Shown here: one piece after another, positions 11,151-23,100 of the stretch | How the letters are laid out: each line of letters begins with the position of its first letter | Position numbering within the stretch: position 1 is the stretch's first letter | Origin: Vicugna vicugna | Lineage: Eukaryota | Direction: 5' to 3' | DNA: 62,000 nucleotides | Assembly: GCA_013265495.1 (NCBI GenBank) | Contig: MU058065.1 | Coordinates: 5,764,302-5,826,301 of the forward strand | Program-made: the position numbers and the translations under genes | Notes under the pieces: generated by a model | Seen by the model: the letters and a program-made list of their open reading frames with translations, nothing else | The model's database searches: none | What the model was told of the DNA's origin: nothing

Positions 11151-12200
11151 GACAGCTCCGGCCTCAGCTCCTGACGTCACTCAGGGCGCACCATCCAGGC
11201 AGGGGCGGGCTACTTCTGACGTCACCCGGGACGCACCAACCACGCCGTGGGGAGGTAAGTGACTCCGCCCCCGGCGTCTGCCTCTCCCGCACTGAGGAGG
11301 GGGCACTTCCGGGGGTCCTTCCCCTTTAACCTCCCCCTTCTCCTCCCTCTCCGGTAGCTGGAGCCCGAGACCCCACCCCAGGGGCGGGGCCCTCCCAGTG
11401 ACACGTCGGACAGCGGCGGCCCCAGCGGAGGCTCCCGCGCCCAGCGCTGGGACCCTGAGCCGTACCAAGCGGCGTCTGGAGAGAGATCGGAACGCGGCGC
11501 AGGGGATTCGGCTCGGGCCGGGGACTCTACTCGGCGGGGAGGGAGGGGGCCCTCCCGCTTGGCCTAAGCCCTCCGGATCCGCCCCCTCCCCGGTCCCGCC
11601 CCCCTTGGAGCCTCCTCTGGCTGCTCTGGGGCTGCTCCACAGCCGGGGGCCCGCGGTCCGGGCGCCATGCGGGCATCACTGCTGTTGTCGGTGCTGCGGC
11701 CCGCAGGGCCCGTGGCCGTGGGCATCTCCCTGGGCTTCACTCTGAGCCTACTCAGCGTCACCTGGGTGGAGGAGCCATGCGGCCCAGGGCCACCGCAACC
11801 CGGAGATTCTGAGTTACCGCCGCGCGGCAACACCAACGCGGCGCGCCGGCCCAACTCGGTGCAGCCCGGAGCGGAGCGCGAGAGGCCCGGGGCTGGCGCA
11901 GGAGCCGGGGAGAACTGGGAGCCGCGTGTCTTGCCCTACCATCCCGCACAGCCTGGCCAGGCCGCCAAAAAGGCCGTCAGGTAGGGATTAGACCCACCAG
12001 CCCCACCCCCTGGGAACCGGCCGGGACGGACGGGCCGTGGAGGCCGCTAGGGCTGGGTCAGGGTCCGGAACGAAGGGGCTGGCCTGCCAGGAAGTCTTTG
12101 CGCCCCAATAATTTCCTATGGCCCTGCTTCCCCGGGAGGTGTGGAGCCCATCTGAGGCCTCTCTCGGCCCCATCCGGGCCTGGATAGAACTTGCCCGCCT
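10850..12200. promoter_or_regulatory. Bidirectional CpG-island promoter shared by TMEM198 and CHPF
   Basis: Head-to-head genes; CpG dense; two perfect CRE palindromes TGACGTCA (11172-11179, 11217-11224), GC boxes (11202-11209, ~11381-11390) and ETS/GABP-type ACTTCCGG (11305-11312). Confidence 0.85.
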
Positions 12201-15200
12201 CTTTCCTAAACCTGCTTGAACCCATGGTTCCCCAAAGATCCTCTTAGCCCTCTGGGTGGGTGCTGGGTTTAGAAAAATGACTGGTATATAGAGTGGGTTC
12301 ATAGAGGGAAAGAGAAAAGCGATAACTAGGATTTACTTGTATCTCTTGTTCCTGTGTGGGCATTTGAGGGGGTGAGGTTTGTGGGGGAAGAGTGAGGTAC
12401 CCATCCCATTCATGCCTCTGCATATGAGTTGAAACAATTCCTCCTAAGTAACACTGAGTTCATTTCATTTCTGTGTTACGGAAGGTAAGTTGCTGAAACC
12501 CGAGCCCTAGTTTGCCCTTCCCCCAAACACATTCACTACATCTCTATGCCATTTATTCCTTTACATCATTTATGTGATATATTCGTGTAATGGCATAATA
12601 TTTAGAAATAAGTATATACCTGATGTGTGGAGTTACCTGTGTGCCAAGCATTTGGCTAAGTGCTTTAAAGAGATAAAATCAGCCCCATTTTACAGATGAG
12701 GCTACCCAAGGCTCAGATAGGTTAAATAACTTGCTCAAGGACCCAACTACTAAGTAATGAAACAGGGAATCAGACCCACAATGTATCTCTCATATCTGCA
12801 TGGATAGTGCCATCTCCTAAAAGGCCAATCAGTATTTCACTTAAATCCTCATGACCCCGGGAGAGACTTATTCTTATCCTACCATAAGTGAGGAAACAAG
12901 CCCAGAAAGGATGTGACCTGCCAGAGCCTATGTACGCTGCCCTCTGCCTACCTTGTTGTCTTTTTAATAACCGTATCTTCTCACCCCTCCCCCACCCAGG
13001 ACCCGCTACATCAGCACGGAGCTGGGCATCAGGCAGAGGCTGCTTGTGGCGGTGTTGACCTCACAGGCCACATTGCCCACGCTGGGTGTGGCCGTGAACC
13101 GCACTCTGGGGCACCGGCTAGAGCGTGTGGTGTTCCTGACAGGCTCGCGGGGCCGCCGCGTACCACCTGGCATGGCCGTGGTGACACTGGGCGAGGAGCG
13201 GCCCATCGGGCACCTGCACCTGGCACTGCGCCACCTGCTGGAGCAGCACGGCGACGACTTTGACTGGTTCTTCCTGGTGCCCGATGCCACCTACACCGAG
13301 GCGCACGGACTGGCGCGCCTAGCTGGCCGCCTCAGCCTGGCAGCCGCTGCCCACCTCTATCTGGGCCGACCCCAAGAGTTCATCGGTGGAGAGCCCGCTC
13401 CAGGCCGCTACTGCCACGGTGGCTTTGGGGTGCTGCTGTCGCGCACACTGCTGCAGCAGCTGCGCCCCCATCTGGAAAGCTGCCGCAACGACATCGTCAG
13501 TGCACACCCGGATGAGTGGCTGGGCCGCTGCATTCTGGATGCCACTGGGATGGGCTGCACTGGCGACCACGAGGTAGGAAGATAAGTCAGTTCACCGGTG
13601 CCTCCTGTCGGGGCTTGTACACTTCCCCCTGAGAGGCAAAGGGGGTGGTTGGAGATCTAGGCCCGGTTTTCCGTGCCAGTTCTGTCATTTTGTATCCCTG
13701 TGACCTTGGGTAAATTCCTGAATCCCCTGAGCCTCCGTATCCCCATCCATACCAATGGAAATAATTATTCCTCAAGGTTGTTATGAGGATTAAGAAAAAA
13801 ATAAGGAAGACTTGCACATAGTAGGTGTTCGATGTTGGCGATTATTATCTTACTTGAGCTCCTGGATGGCTCTGAAATAAGATGCATGCCCATTTCACAG
13901 ATGAGCTAGCAGAAGCTTGCCCAAGGTCACAACTGGTCAAGGTAGACCTAAACCCACAGAATTCTGACCCCAAGTCCACAACAGGCCATAGAATGGGAAG
14001 ATGATACACATACTATTAGGTGTGGTGGGGCAACTATCACCTCATGTTTCCCATTATGCACCCCTTTCTCCTCCCCAGGGGGTACACTATAGCTACCTGG
14101 AGCTAAGCCCTAGGGAGCCCGTGCAGGAGGGGGACCCTCGTTTCCGCAGTGCCCTGACGGCTCACCCTGTACGTGACCCTGTGCACATGTACCAGCTGCA
14201 CAAGGCTTTTGCCCGAGCTGAGCTGGAACGCACATACCAGGAGATTCAGGAGTTACAGGTATGATCTGGGCTGGAGGACAGGTCAGAGGCAGGGGTGAGG
14301 GGTGGCTGAGAGGTCTCAGACATCTCAGAGTAATAAAAAATTAGCACTAGTATCACAGCACAAACCTGCTTCCCAGTCCCTATCTGTTTCTCCTTTTCTG
14401 AGAAGCCTTTCCAGAAACCCCCATTTGACTCTCAGGCTTCCTCCATCTGGGGAAAGGACAGGTGGGGGCCCTGGGTGGGCAGAGGTTGGCAAGGGTAGGG
14501 GAACCCATCCTGAGTGGCATCTAATACCTGCCCAGTCCCCCAGCTGTGTGCTGGCCCCCGTGATCTAGGCCTCACTCATGGCCTGTTTCTTCAATCCAGT
14601 GGGAGATCCAGAACACCAGCCGTCTGGCAGCCGATGGGGAGCGGGCAGCCGCCTGGCCCGTGGGCATTCCAGCACCATCCCGCCCGGCCTCTCGCTTTGA
14701 GGTACTGCGCTGGGACTATTTCACAGAGCAGCACGCTTTCTCCTGCGCTGATGGCTCGCCCCGCTGCCCACTGCGCGGGGCTGACAGGGCTGATGTGGCT
14801 GACATTCTGGGGGCAGCTCTGGAGGAGCTTAACCGCCGATACCACCCAGCCCTGCGGCTCCAGAAGCAGCAGCTGGTTAATGGCTACCGACGCTTCGATC
14901 CTGTCCGGGGTATGGAGTACACGCTGGACTTGCAGCTGGAGGCGCTGACCCCCCAGGGAGGCCGCCGGCCCCTCACTCGCAGGGTGCAGCTACTACGGCC
15001 ACTGAGTCGCGTGGAGATCTTGCCTGTGCCCTACGTCACCGAGGCCTCACGTCTCACTGTGTTACTGCCACTGGCTGCAGCCGAGCGTGACCTGGCCCCT
15101 GGCTTCCTGGAGGCCTTTGCCGCGGCTGCACTGGAGCCCGGCGATGCTGCAGCAGCCCTGACCCTGCTGCTACTGTACGAGCCACGACAGGCCCAGCGGG

Positions 15201-15859
15201 CGGCCCATGCAGATGTCTTTGCACCTGTCAAGACCCATGTGGCAGAGCTGGAGCGGCGTTTTCCCGGTGCCCGGGTGCCCTGGCTCAGCGTGCAGACAGC
15301 CGCACCCTCGCCACTGCGCCTCATGGATCTGCTCTCCAAGAAGCACCCATTGGACACGCTGTTCCTGCTGGCCGGGCCAGACACAGTGCTCACTCCAGAC
15401 TTCCTGAACCGCTGCCGCATGCACGCCATCTCTGGCTGGCAGGCCTTCTTTCCCATGCACTTCCAGGCCTTTCACCCCGCCGTGGCTCCACCCCAGGGCC
15501 CGGGACCCCCGGAGCTGGGCCGAGACACGGGCCGCTTCGATCGCCAGGCAGCCAGTGAGGCCTGCTTCTACAACTCCGACTACGTGGCGGCCCGGGCGCG
15601 GCTGGCGGCAGCCTCAGAGCAGGAGGAGGAGCTGCTGGAGAGCTTGGATGTGTACGAGCTGTTCTTGCGCTTCTCCAGCCTGCACGTGCTGAGGGCCGTG
15701 GAGCCTGCGCTGCTGCAGCGCTATCGGGCCCAGACGTGCAGCGCGCGGCTCAGCGAGGACCTGTACCACCGCTGCCGCCAGAGCGCGCTCGAGAGCCTCG
15801 GCTCCCGCACCCAGCTGGCCATGCTGCTTTTTGAGCAGGAGCAGGGCAATAGCACCTGA
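11667..15859 (+). CDS. CHPF: Chondroitin polymerizing factor (chondroitin sulfate synthase 2), 775 aa
   Basis: Exons 11667-11980, 13000-13573, 14079-14258, 14600-15859 = 2328 nt; MRASLLLSVLRPAGPVAVGISLGFTLSLL… type II signal anchor, …DDFDWFFLVPD…, …QLAMLLFEQEQGNST*; all GT-AG. Confidence 0.97.
12620..12930. mobile_element. MIR SINE fragments
   Basis: cccattttacagatgaggc…aggctcagataggttaaataacttgctcaagg. Confidence 0.6.
13680..13975. mobile_element. MIR SINE fragments
   Basis: ctgtgaccttgggtaaattcctgaatcccctgagcctc…; cccatttcacagatgag…ttgcccaaggtcaca. Confidence 0.6.
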
Positions 15860-16267
15860 CCCCGCCCTGTGCCTCGGAACCCTGGCCAGGCGGCGCCCCG
15901 CCCCGCTCCTCTCCCTGCCAGCCTCGCGGGACAGGGCTGGCCACAGCCTCAGACCCCAGGGCAGCCCACAGGCCCCCTCTCTCTGGCTTGGGGGGTCCTC
16001 GGGCTCAGGGCAAGCCCTGGAAGAGGTACCCTTGGAGCCACCCTTTTCTGCCCCAAACCAGGTCTCCCTGCCCCCTTGACGCTGCTGATTCAGGCTGTGG
16101 CCTCCGAATATTTATGTAGTGCAGTCTGCCTGACGCCAGCCCTGCTTCCTAGGGTCACCCCTGGGTGCTGGGCTGTAGATGAGTTGTTGGAGAACTGGGG
16201 AGCTGAGAGAGGAGGGTAGGGTGTCTCTCAGCTTCTCTCTGCACTCCTGATAAAGCTCCTTGCCTTT

Positions 16268-16273
16268 AATAAA
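16268..16273 (+). terminator. CHPF: CHPF polyadenylation signal AATAAA
   Basis: AATAAA about 410 nt after the stop, with T/GT-rich sequence downstream. Confidence 0.8.
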
Positions 16274-16470
16274 CTGTCTGAGTGTGGACTAGTAGTTCTG
16301 AATTTTTGAAAGGTAGACTTGGGGGCAGGGAGGGCTTTGAGGATGGATGGTTCCCTTGTCCTGGCTGGGGCCTGGATTTCCTTTTCCCAGGTACCAAGTC
16401 ATGCATATGCCCAGCCCCACCCCAGCTCCCAGCTTAGTCACATATACACACAGAGAATTCTTTATGCCTC

Positions 16471-16476
16471 TTTATT
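16471..16476 (-). terminator. ASIC4: ASIC4 polyadenylation signal AATAAA
   Basis: tttatt on + strand about 710 nt past the ASIC4 stop. Confidence 0.75.
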
Positions 16477-17189
16477 CCCAATTTTGTTCAGCACTTTATA
16501 AAACCAGACTGGAGGCAGAGAGGCCTGAGACGCCCCCTTCCCCACCCCCAAACTCAGACAAGGTCTGAAAGATCTACCTCTCCCTGTGGAGGGGACTCTG
16601 GAAGTGGGGTTGGAGCAGGGGGAACTGGGAACTGGGCCAGGCCTGCTGGGCCACCCACTCCCCCTGCCAAAAGGGGAGCTGGGACTGGAGAGGGGCAGGA
16701 AGTAGGACCAGCCCAGCAGTCCTGAGTCCTGGGGGCCTGCCCTCTCCTGCTGACACTCGAGGGCTGGGACCCTGGCTGTCCCTAAATTACCCACCCCATA
16801 GCCCCACTTACCTTCTACATCTTTACCCCCACCCCCACCCTGTCCTCCCTAAATATATACAAATGTACAGAGGATTCCACTCTGGTTGGGATGGGCCCCC
16901 TTTTCCACCTCCCTCTCTCCTTCCCTACACTCCCCTCCACAGGGGCCCATGGCCTGGTCTCCAGCCCTCCCTGGGCACAGCCTAGGGGTGGATGGTGTGG
17001 ACAAGAGGGACCTTTGTGCAAAGCAGCTGGCGCCAGGGTAGGCAAGAGCAGGAACTGAGTCCCCACCCTCCCAATGAGCACCGCCCTCTCACTGCCCCCA
17101 GATATTCTGTCCCAGGAGCAGGAGGAGACTATGGTGGGGATCCAGGGAGGGGACCCAGACTCCTGGGTCCTTTTGGACACAGCACCATC

Positions 17190-20100
17190 CTAGCAAGCGA
17201 AGTCTTCAAAGAGGCCCCCTGGGGGGCCATGTGGGTGATGGTGGTTGGGGAGCAGGCTGCTGGCACCCCCACCTTCCGCATGGCCCCGGCTTGGGCACGG
17301 ACTCTGCAGGGTGAAGAGTGAGTGGGACAAGGAGATTTCAAGCAGTACCCCCAAGCCTCACACAGCCATCCCTTCCTTGTCCCTGAACTCCTTCCCACAG
17401 GCTAGTTGAGACGTTATGGGGGATTCAGTCCCAGGAGGGAATGCTGGCTGCACACTAGACAGCACCCATCCTCACCTGCTCCTTCAGCTCCTGCAGCCCC
17501 AAAGTGGAGATGCCTCCAGTGGAGGTCCGGAGGGGGGTCTTGGGACGACGCCACACCCGCTTCAGTCGGTCCCAGGACACCTTGGGGTTCAGGGTTGGGG
17601 AAGAGGGACGAGCTCAGGAAACTTGCTAGAGGAGCAGAACGGGCCTCACCAGGCCCACCCTACAGACCAGCTGCCCCAGCAAACCCCCACTAGGACGCCC
17701 CAGTCCTCCTCACCCATCCCCTTCTCCTGACTCCTCAGTGCCCTCAGGCCTTCCTGCCAGTAAGGGGGCCCCAGCAAAGAACCCAGAGCTTGACTTCCCA
17801 GCCAGTCAAGCTCCACCAGGAAGCCTGCACCACCCCTCTGCTTTCCCCCAGCCCCTCCTCCCACCCTCCATTCTCCATCTGCATGGCCCCCACCAGGCCC
17901 CCATGCCTTGCCTCATAGATGTAGTCGAGGATCTCCAGCAGTGTGAGGATGCTGGCCCCAATGAATAGGCCCATCTGTCCCCCGAGGTCTCCTGGGGAGC
18001 ACGAGAGAACAGTCAGAGGGATCAGGCTTGGCTGGTCCACCCCTGAGGAATCAGGGCCAGGGCTCACCCAGCAGGGCTGACAGGCCATAGGCTGCTTGCT
18101 GCTCCATGGCCTCAGAGGTCAGGGCTTCAAAGAAGACGTCTAGGACCAGGAAGTTCTCCCTGCAGAGACAGGAAGCAAGGTATCCCTGTGGGGCCATCTT
18201 CTTGAGGCGGCTGGTAGGGACATCCCAGGCCCAGCAGATCCAGATCTGAGGGCCCCTGTGTGTAGAAGCTCTGAGGGGAGGCTGTCCCAGATGCATGTCA
18301 GTTCATATTTTGAGGGTTAGCAAAGGGCCTGGGAAAACAAAACTCTTGAGCCTGCGAGAGTCCCTCCTGCTTTCTCTAGAGGAACAAATAACGTTCCCTA
18401 TACCTCTCTAGAACCTTCAGTGGCTCCCTACTGCCTGACAGTCCACTCCAAAATTCCTGTTCCAGACTTTCAAGACTGCCCATGATCAGACTGCACCAAG
18501 ACAGCCCAGACCAAGATTGCACTGTACCATCTTATCCAAACTGCTTTCTTATCTGCTTCTCTCCACACAGCCTGCCTACTGCTCAGGCTGGCCTTGGCAT
18601 CATCTCACAGATCTCTAACTGGGATGCCTCCCTTCTCTCCTGTTCTCACGGACCCAAACCCGGGATCCTCAGATGCCCCACTCACACCTCCCCTGTTTCC
18701 CCTACCCTACCCACATTAATCTCTCCCGGGGCCTAAGAATCAATAGTACACCATCAAACACGGCCTCATCTACAATTTGTGGCATGAGTTTTGTGTTGTA
18801 ATCATCTCTGTCTCCATAGGATCCAGCGCTGGGCCTGGCTCAGAGGATGCTCAGCATTTGTGGATTGGTTGCAGGGTACCAGACCCAAGGTTCAGTATGG
18901 CCCTTTCCTGCAGGCCACCTGGTTCCTCCCCCATCCCTTCCAGTTCTCCCCGCCTCCCCACACAGCATTCACTCCATGTGCACTTAATGGCTGCCAGGTT
19001 GCTGGGGGAGAAAGACACACAAACAGAGGATTCTAAAACAGTGGGTAAGTCCAGTGACAGAGGTATGTACAGGATGCTGTGGGAGATGAAAGGCATTTGG
19101 GCTCAGAAGGGCCTCCATGGAGGCGGAGACACAGGATGTGACTTGGAGGATAGGTAGGGGTTGGTTAGAAGAAAAGGATCTGTGAAGGGCCTTCCTGGCA
19201 GAATACTCATTATTAATAAAGATGGGTCCCACTCCCAGCCTCCACCACAAATCAGGCCTATTGAGGGTGGCCTACACACACACACACACACACACATACC
19301 GTATGTAGGTTTCGTTGCGGTTGTACTTTCTTGCCAGGTACCGGGCCGAGCCCCTGTTGGGGATCCTGACCATGGAGATTTCTTTCCCGTAGCGGGTCAG
19401 GTTGCAGGGGGTAGGGCAGAAACATGGGCCTTGGGAGCCCCCGCCCAGGGAGTCTGCAATATAGAGGCACCAACTACAGTAGGGGCCGGGGGCAGCCCAG
19501 AGGCCCTCTAACTGCAAGGAGGAATCTTAGGGGTGTCCTGAGGCAGGCATGGCCACATTGAGGGCCTGTTCTGGCCAGTGCAGGCACTGTCTAGAGGAGA
19601 CTGGATGGGAGTCCCTTCCTGGACCAGCTTCAGAGCACCAGAGAAAGTGGGTGGAGGCAGAACCCCCAACACACTCCTGTATCCCTCTGCCTCCCAGCCC
19701 CCTGGGGCAGAGAGGTCCTCCTGGCTCAGAGGGAGGGCACAGCCCATTCACCAGAGCTAATTAGTCAATGAGGCCTTGGACACACAAGGGGCTTGGAGAG
19801 GATGCTAGGATGAATGGGATTTATGCATGTTTTCACATATGCATATGGATGAGTGGAGTGATGGATGAATGAACGGACAGAAGAACAAATGGACAGGATT
19901 GGTATTCTCAGGATGCTGGGTTTCCTCTGTTCACCGCTTCAGATCCACTTTCCACTCTCCCTACCTTATTCTGTCCCAGAGGTCTGATCTCTGCCAAATG
20001 CATCACCTAGACTCCCTGTCCACTGGCTTTGGGTTAGGTTTAACCAATGGGAGGCCCCGGCAGGATCACAGGGCAAGGAGAGGAGAGATGCTGGGGTATT

Positions 20101-23100
20101 TAGGTGGCAGAGGCTGCATTCCTCCTCTTGTGGCCCTCGCTCTTGGCTCCCATCCATCTCAGGCAGCCCCGGATTCCTTTCTGGGCCCAGGAGCGTTCCT
20201 TTCCTTTGTCCCTTCAGGCCCAGGTAGGAAAGACTCCCTGGTGTTGTGAGTTCTGTGGAGTCTCACCACCCCTTGTGGTTCCCCTAGCCCCACTCACACA
20301 TCTGTTCCTTCATTAATCACCTTCCATCACCCCTTTGGCAGATGTAGTTGGTGTGTGGGACAGAGAAAGTCTTAATGTGATTCTACTGCCCCAGCATCTC
20401 AAATCCATCCCCATGGCTCCAGCATCTGGATTTCCACAATGCTCTCCTGACCAGTCACCCTGCTTCTGGTCTTCCTCCCCCAATCCATCCTCACATCTAA
20501 TCAGAGTCACCTTCTTAAAATCAGATAGCATTCTTGCCTCACCTTAAGCTGTTGTTGGCTTCCTAGTGCCTCCTCCACTCTTTCCACCCGCTCCTTTGTT
20601 CTCTGCCCTCCAGCCACACTGACTTTGCCCTTTCATGGCCCCAGACACACATGCTGTCTCTGGTCTTTAGCACGTGCTGTTCCTACTGCCTAGAACATGT
20701 CCCCCTTTTCACCTGGCTGACTCTTCCACAGCCTTCAAGTCTCAGCTCATGTGTCACTTCCTCTAAGAATCCTCTCTGCCTTCCCAGGCAGGGTTGCATA
20801 CCTTTCCTGGGGCCCTGTAGGAACCCTGAGGTTCCCCTTCCCAAGAACTAACACCCTGCATTGTAATGCCTGTCCACAGCCCTGCCGGGCTCTTGTTCCC
20901 ACTCTTACCTCCAGCACCAGCGCAGGCTGTAAACATCTGTAGAATGAAGGAAGAAATGAAGGAAGGAAGGAAGGAAGGAAGGAAGGAAGGAAGGAAGGAA
21001 GGAAGGAAGGAAGGAAGGAAGGAAGGAAGAATCAGATGACACCTATGGACAGATCGGGTTGCCTTACTTAAACCAATAGCCAGCAATGCAACGTTCCTCA
21101 CACCAAGGGAAAAGTCATCTCACTTTCCCAGAGAGGCAAGCTCATCTGCAGAACCAAGGTGAGAAGTCCAGCCCTCACTCTCAGTCCCAGGTTCTCTGCA
21201 ACACCCCCCACCCCACTGCCTGCACTTACCCAAGGAACACACCTGCAAAGGTCCTCAGACCCCTGGAAGTATGGGGATATGGCTCAACCCCCCAGGAAGA
21301 AGCCCCCTAGGAAGAGACTGGGAGGAGGGGAACCAAGACAGTGAGGAGAAGGGTGGACAGAGAGATGAAGAAGAGGGTGACGAAAGGCAGGGAGGGGAGA
21401 AGGCAGCACGGACCCAGTGTGTGGTCAGCACACTCGATGTAGATATTTGGCGGGCAGATGGTCTCATTGCCTGAAAGGAAAGAAGATTATTCCTGGAGTC
21501 TACGGTTCCATCCGTGCTCCCCCACCACATTCCCAAATGTGGGCACACACATGCATGCCCATACATGTGTGTGTTTGCACATACACGTGCATATGTGAGT
21601 TTATACATGCTGGTGCATATCAGCATGAAAATATACACATGCATATATGCACACAAACCAATGTGTGCTTGGGGGCACATAGATGCACACACATTTGCAT
21701 GCATGTGTTCAAGCACATGCACGCAATCCCTACAAGTACACAAGCAGAGATGAACACAAGTACATGTATGCATAAATACATATTAACATGCACACAAACA
21801 GACATGTGCACACTCCCATGTGCATATGTGAAAACATGCAGAAAATTCAAACACATACCGTGTACACTCACGTGGGTAGAGACATATGCACACGTTGTAC
21901 ACATGCACCAGCCCCCATGCACAGGAGCAGTGTTCTGCCCCTGGAGGGCTGGCGGGGGGTGGGGCGCCCACCTGGCATGTGCACCATCCGGCAGTGGCAG
22001 CGCTGAAGCACAGCCTCCTTTTCACAGCGCAGCCGGCAGGCAGACACGCTGTAGGCCGAGTAGCCCTGAAGCTCAGGCTCCCTGAGCCCACTCTCCGCCC
22101 GGCAGTTGCCCCAGGGCTGGGGCAGATAGGTCAGCTGTGGAGGCGGGGCATGATGGGGTTACACCCAGAAGTCCCACCCAGCCCTCCAGTGCTGGAGGGT
22201 TGGGAGTTTCTGGAGGGCAGATCTGGACAGCATTCCCTCAGAGCCCAAAGGCCTGGTGCCGGGCCCAACCCAGGACCCAGCTTGCGGGGCTCACCCGCTG
22301 TTCCTGGCAGGACACAAAGGTCTGGAAGCCTGGGGACACACCGAAGCCCAGCTGGTGGATGTAGGGTGGCTCCTCCTGGCTGTGGATCTGTACTCGGATG
22401 CCGGCCTCAAACGATGTCTCGTCTGCACAGTGGAGATGGAGACCTTTGGAAACCCATCCCAGGCAGAGAGGACCCAGGCTGGAGCCCTTGTCCTTTTCCT
22501 GCCTGCATACTTGTCTCTCTCCAGATGGGCAGGTACTCCTCTTGCTGGATGTCCAACATGATCTCCAGGCCACTGCCCATGCCCCCTGCCCGGCTGGGCA
22601 GTGAGCTCTGTGGATCCGCATTGAAGGTATAACACTTCCCATAGCGAGTATAGACCTGGGGGTAAGAGAGAGGAGGAGGGGAGACGGAAGACAATGCCTT
22701 AGGCTCAGGCTTCCCTGTCCCCTGTGAGGAGCACCAGACCTGCCTAGAGCCCCTTGTCCCATATGCCAGCAACCAACCTACAGCCCAGCCTCCCCCGAGC
22801 TCCATCTTTTCTACTGACACCCTCAGTAAAAGGCAGCTCCAGCTTAACATATCAACAGCAGAACTCTTGACATCTTCCCAAATCCTGTTCCCCACCATTT
22901 TCCACCACCAAGTAAAGGGCCCCACTATCTACCTAATTTCTCAAGTCAGGATCCCTGAAATCTCTCCCCCACCCTGCATCCAATCCAGCAGCAGTCCTGG
23001 GCAATTAGACTTCTGAAATCTGCTTAGAATCTATCCACTTTCCTTCCATCCTCGTGTCCCCCTTTCACCATTCTCTCCCCTGACTTATGGCAGCGGGTCC

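Noticed and set aside
11141..11159. REST/RE1-like half-sites GGTGCTGA and GGACAGCTCC
   Set aside because: Halves are in non-canonical relative orientation and spacing; not supportable without ChIP data.
21255..22632. Several 100-250 aa His/Cys/Met-rich ORFs
   Set aside because: Products of the purine-pyrimidine low-complexity tract and antisense shadows of ASIC4 exons.
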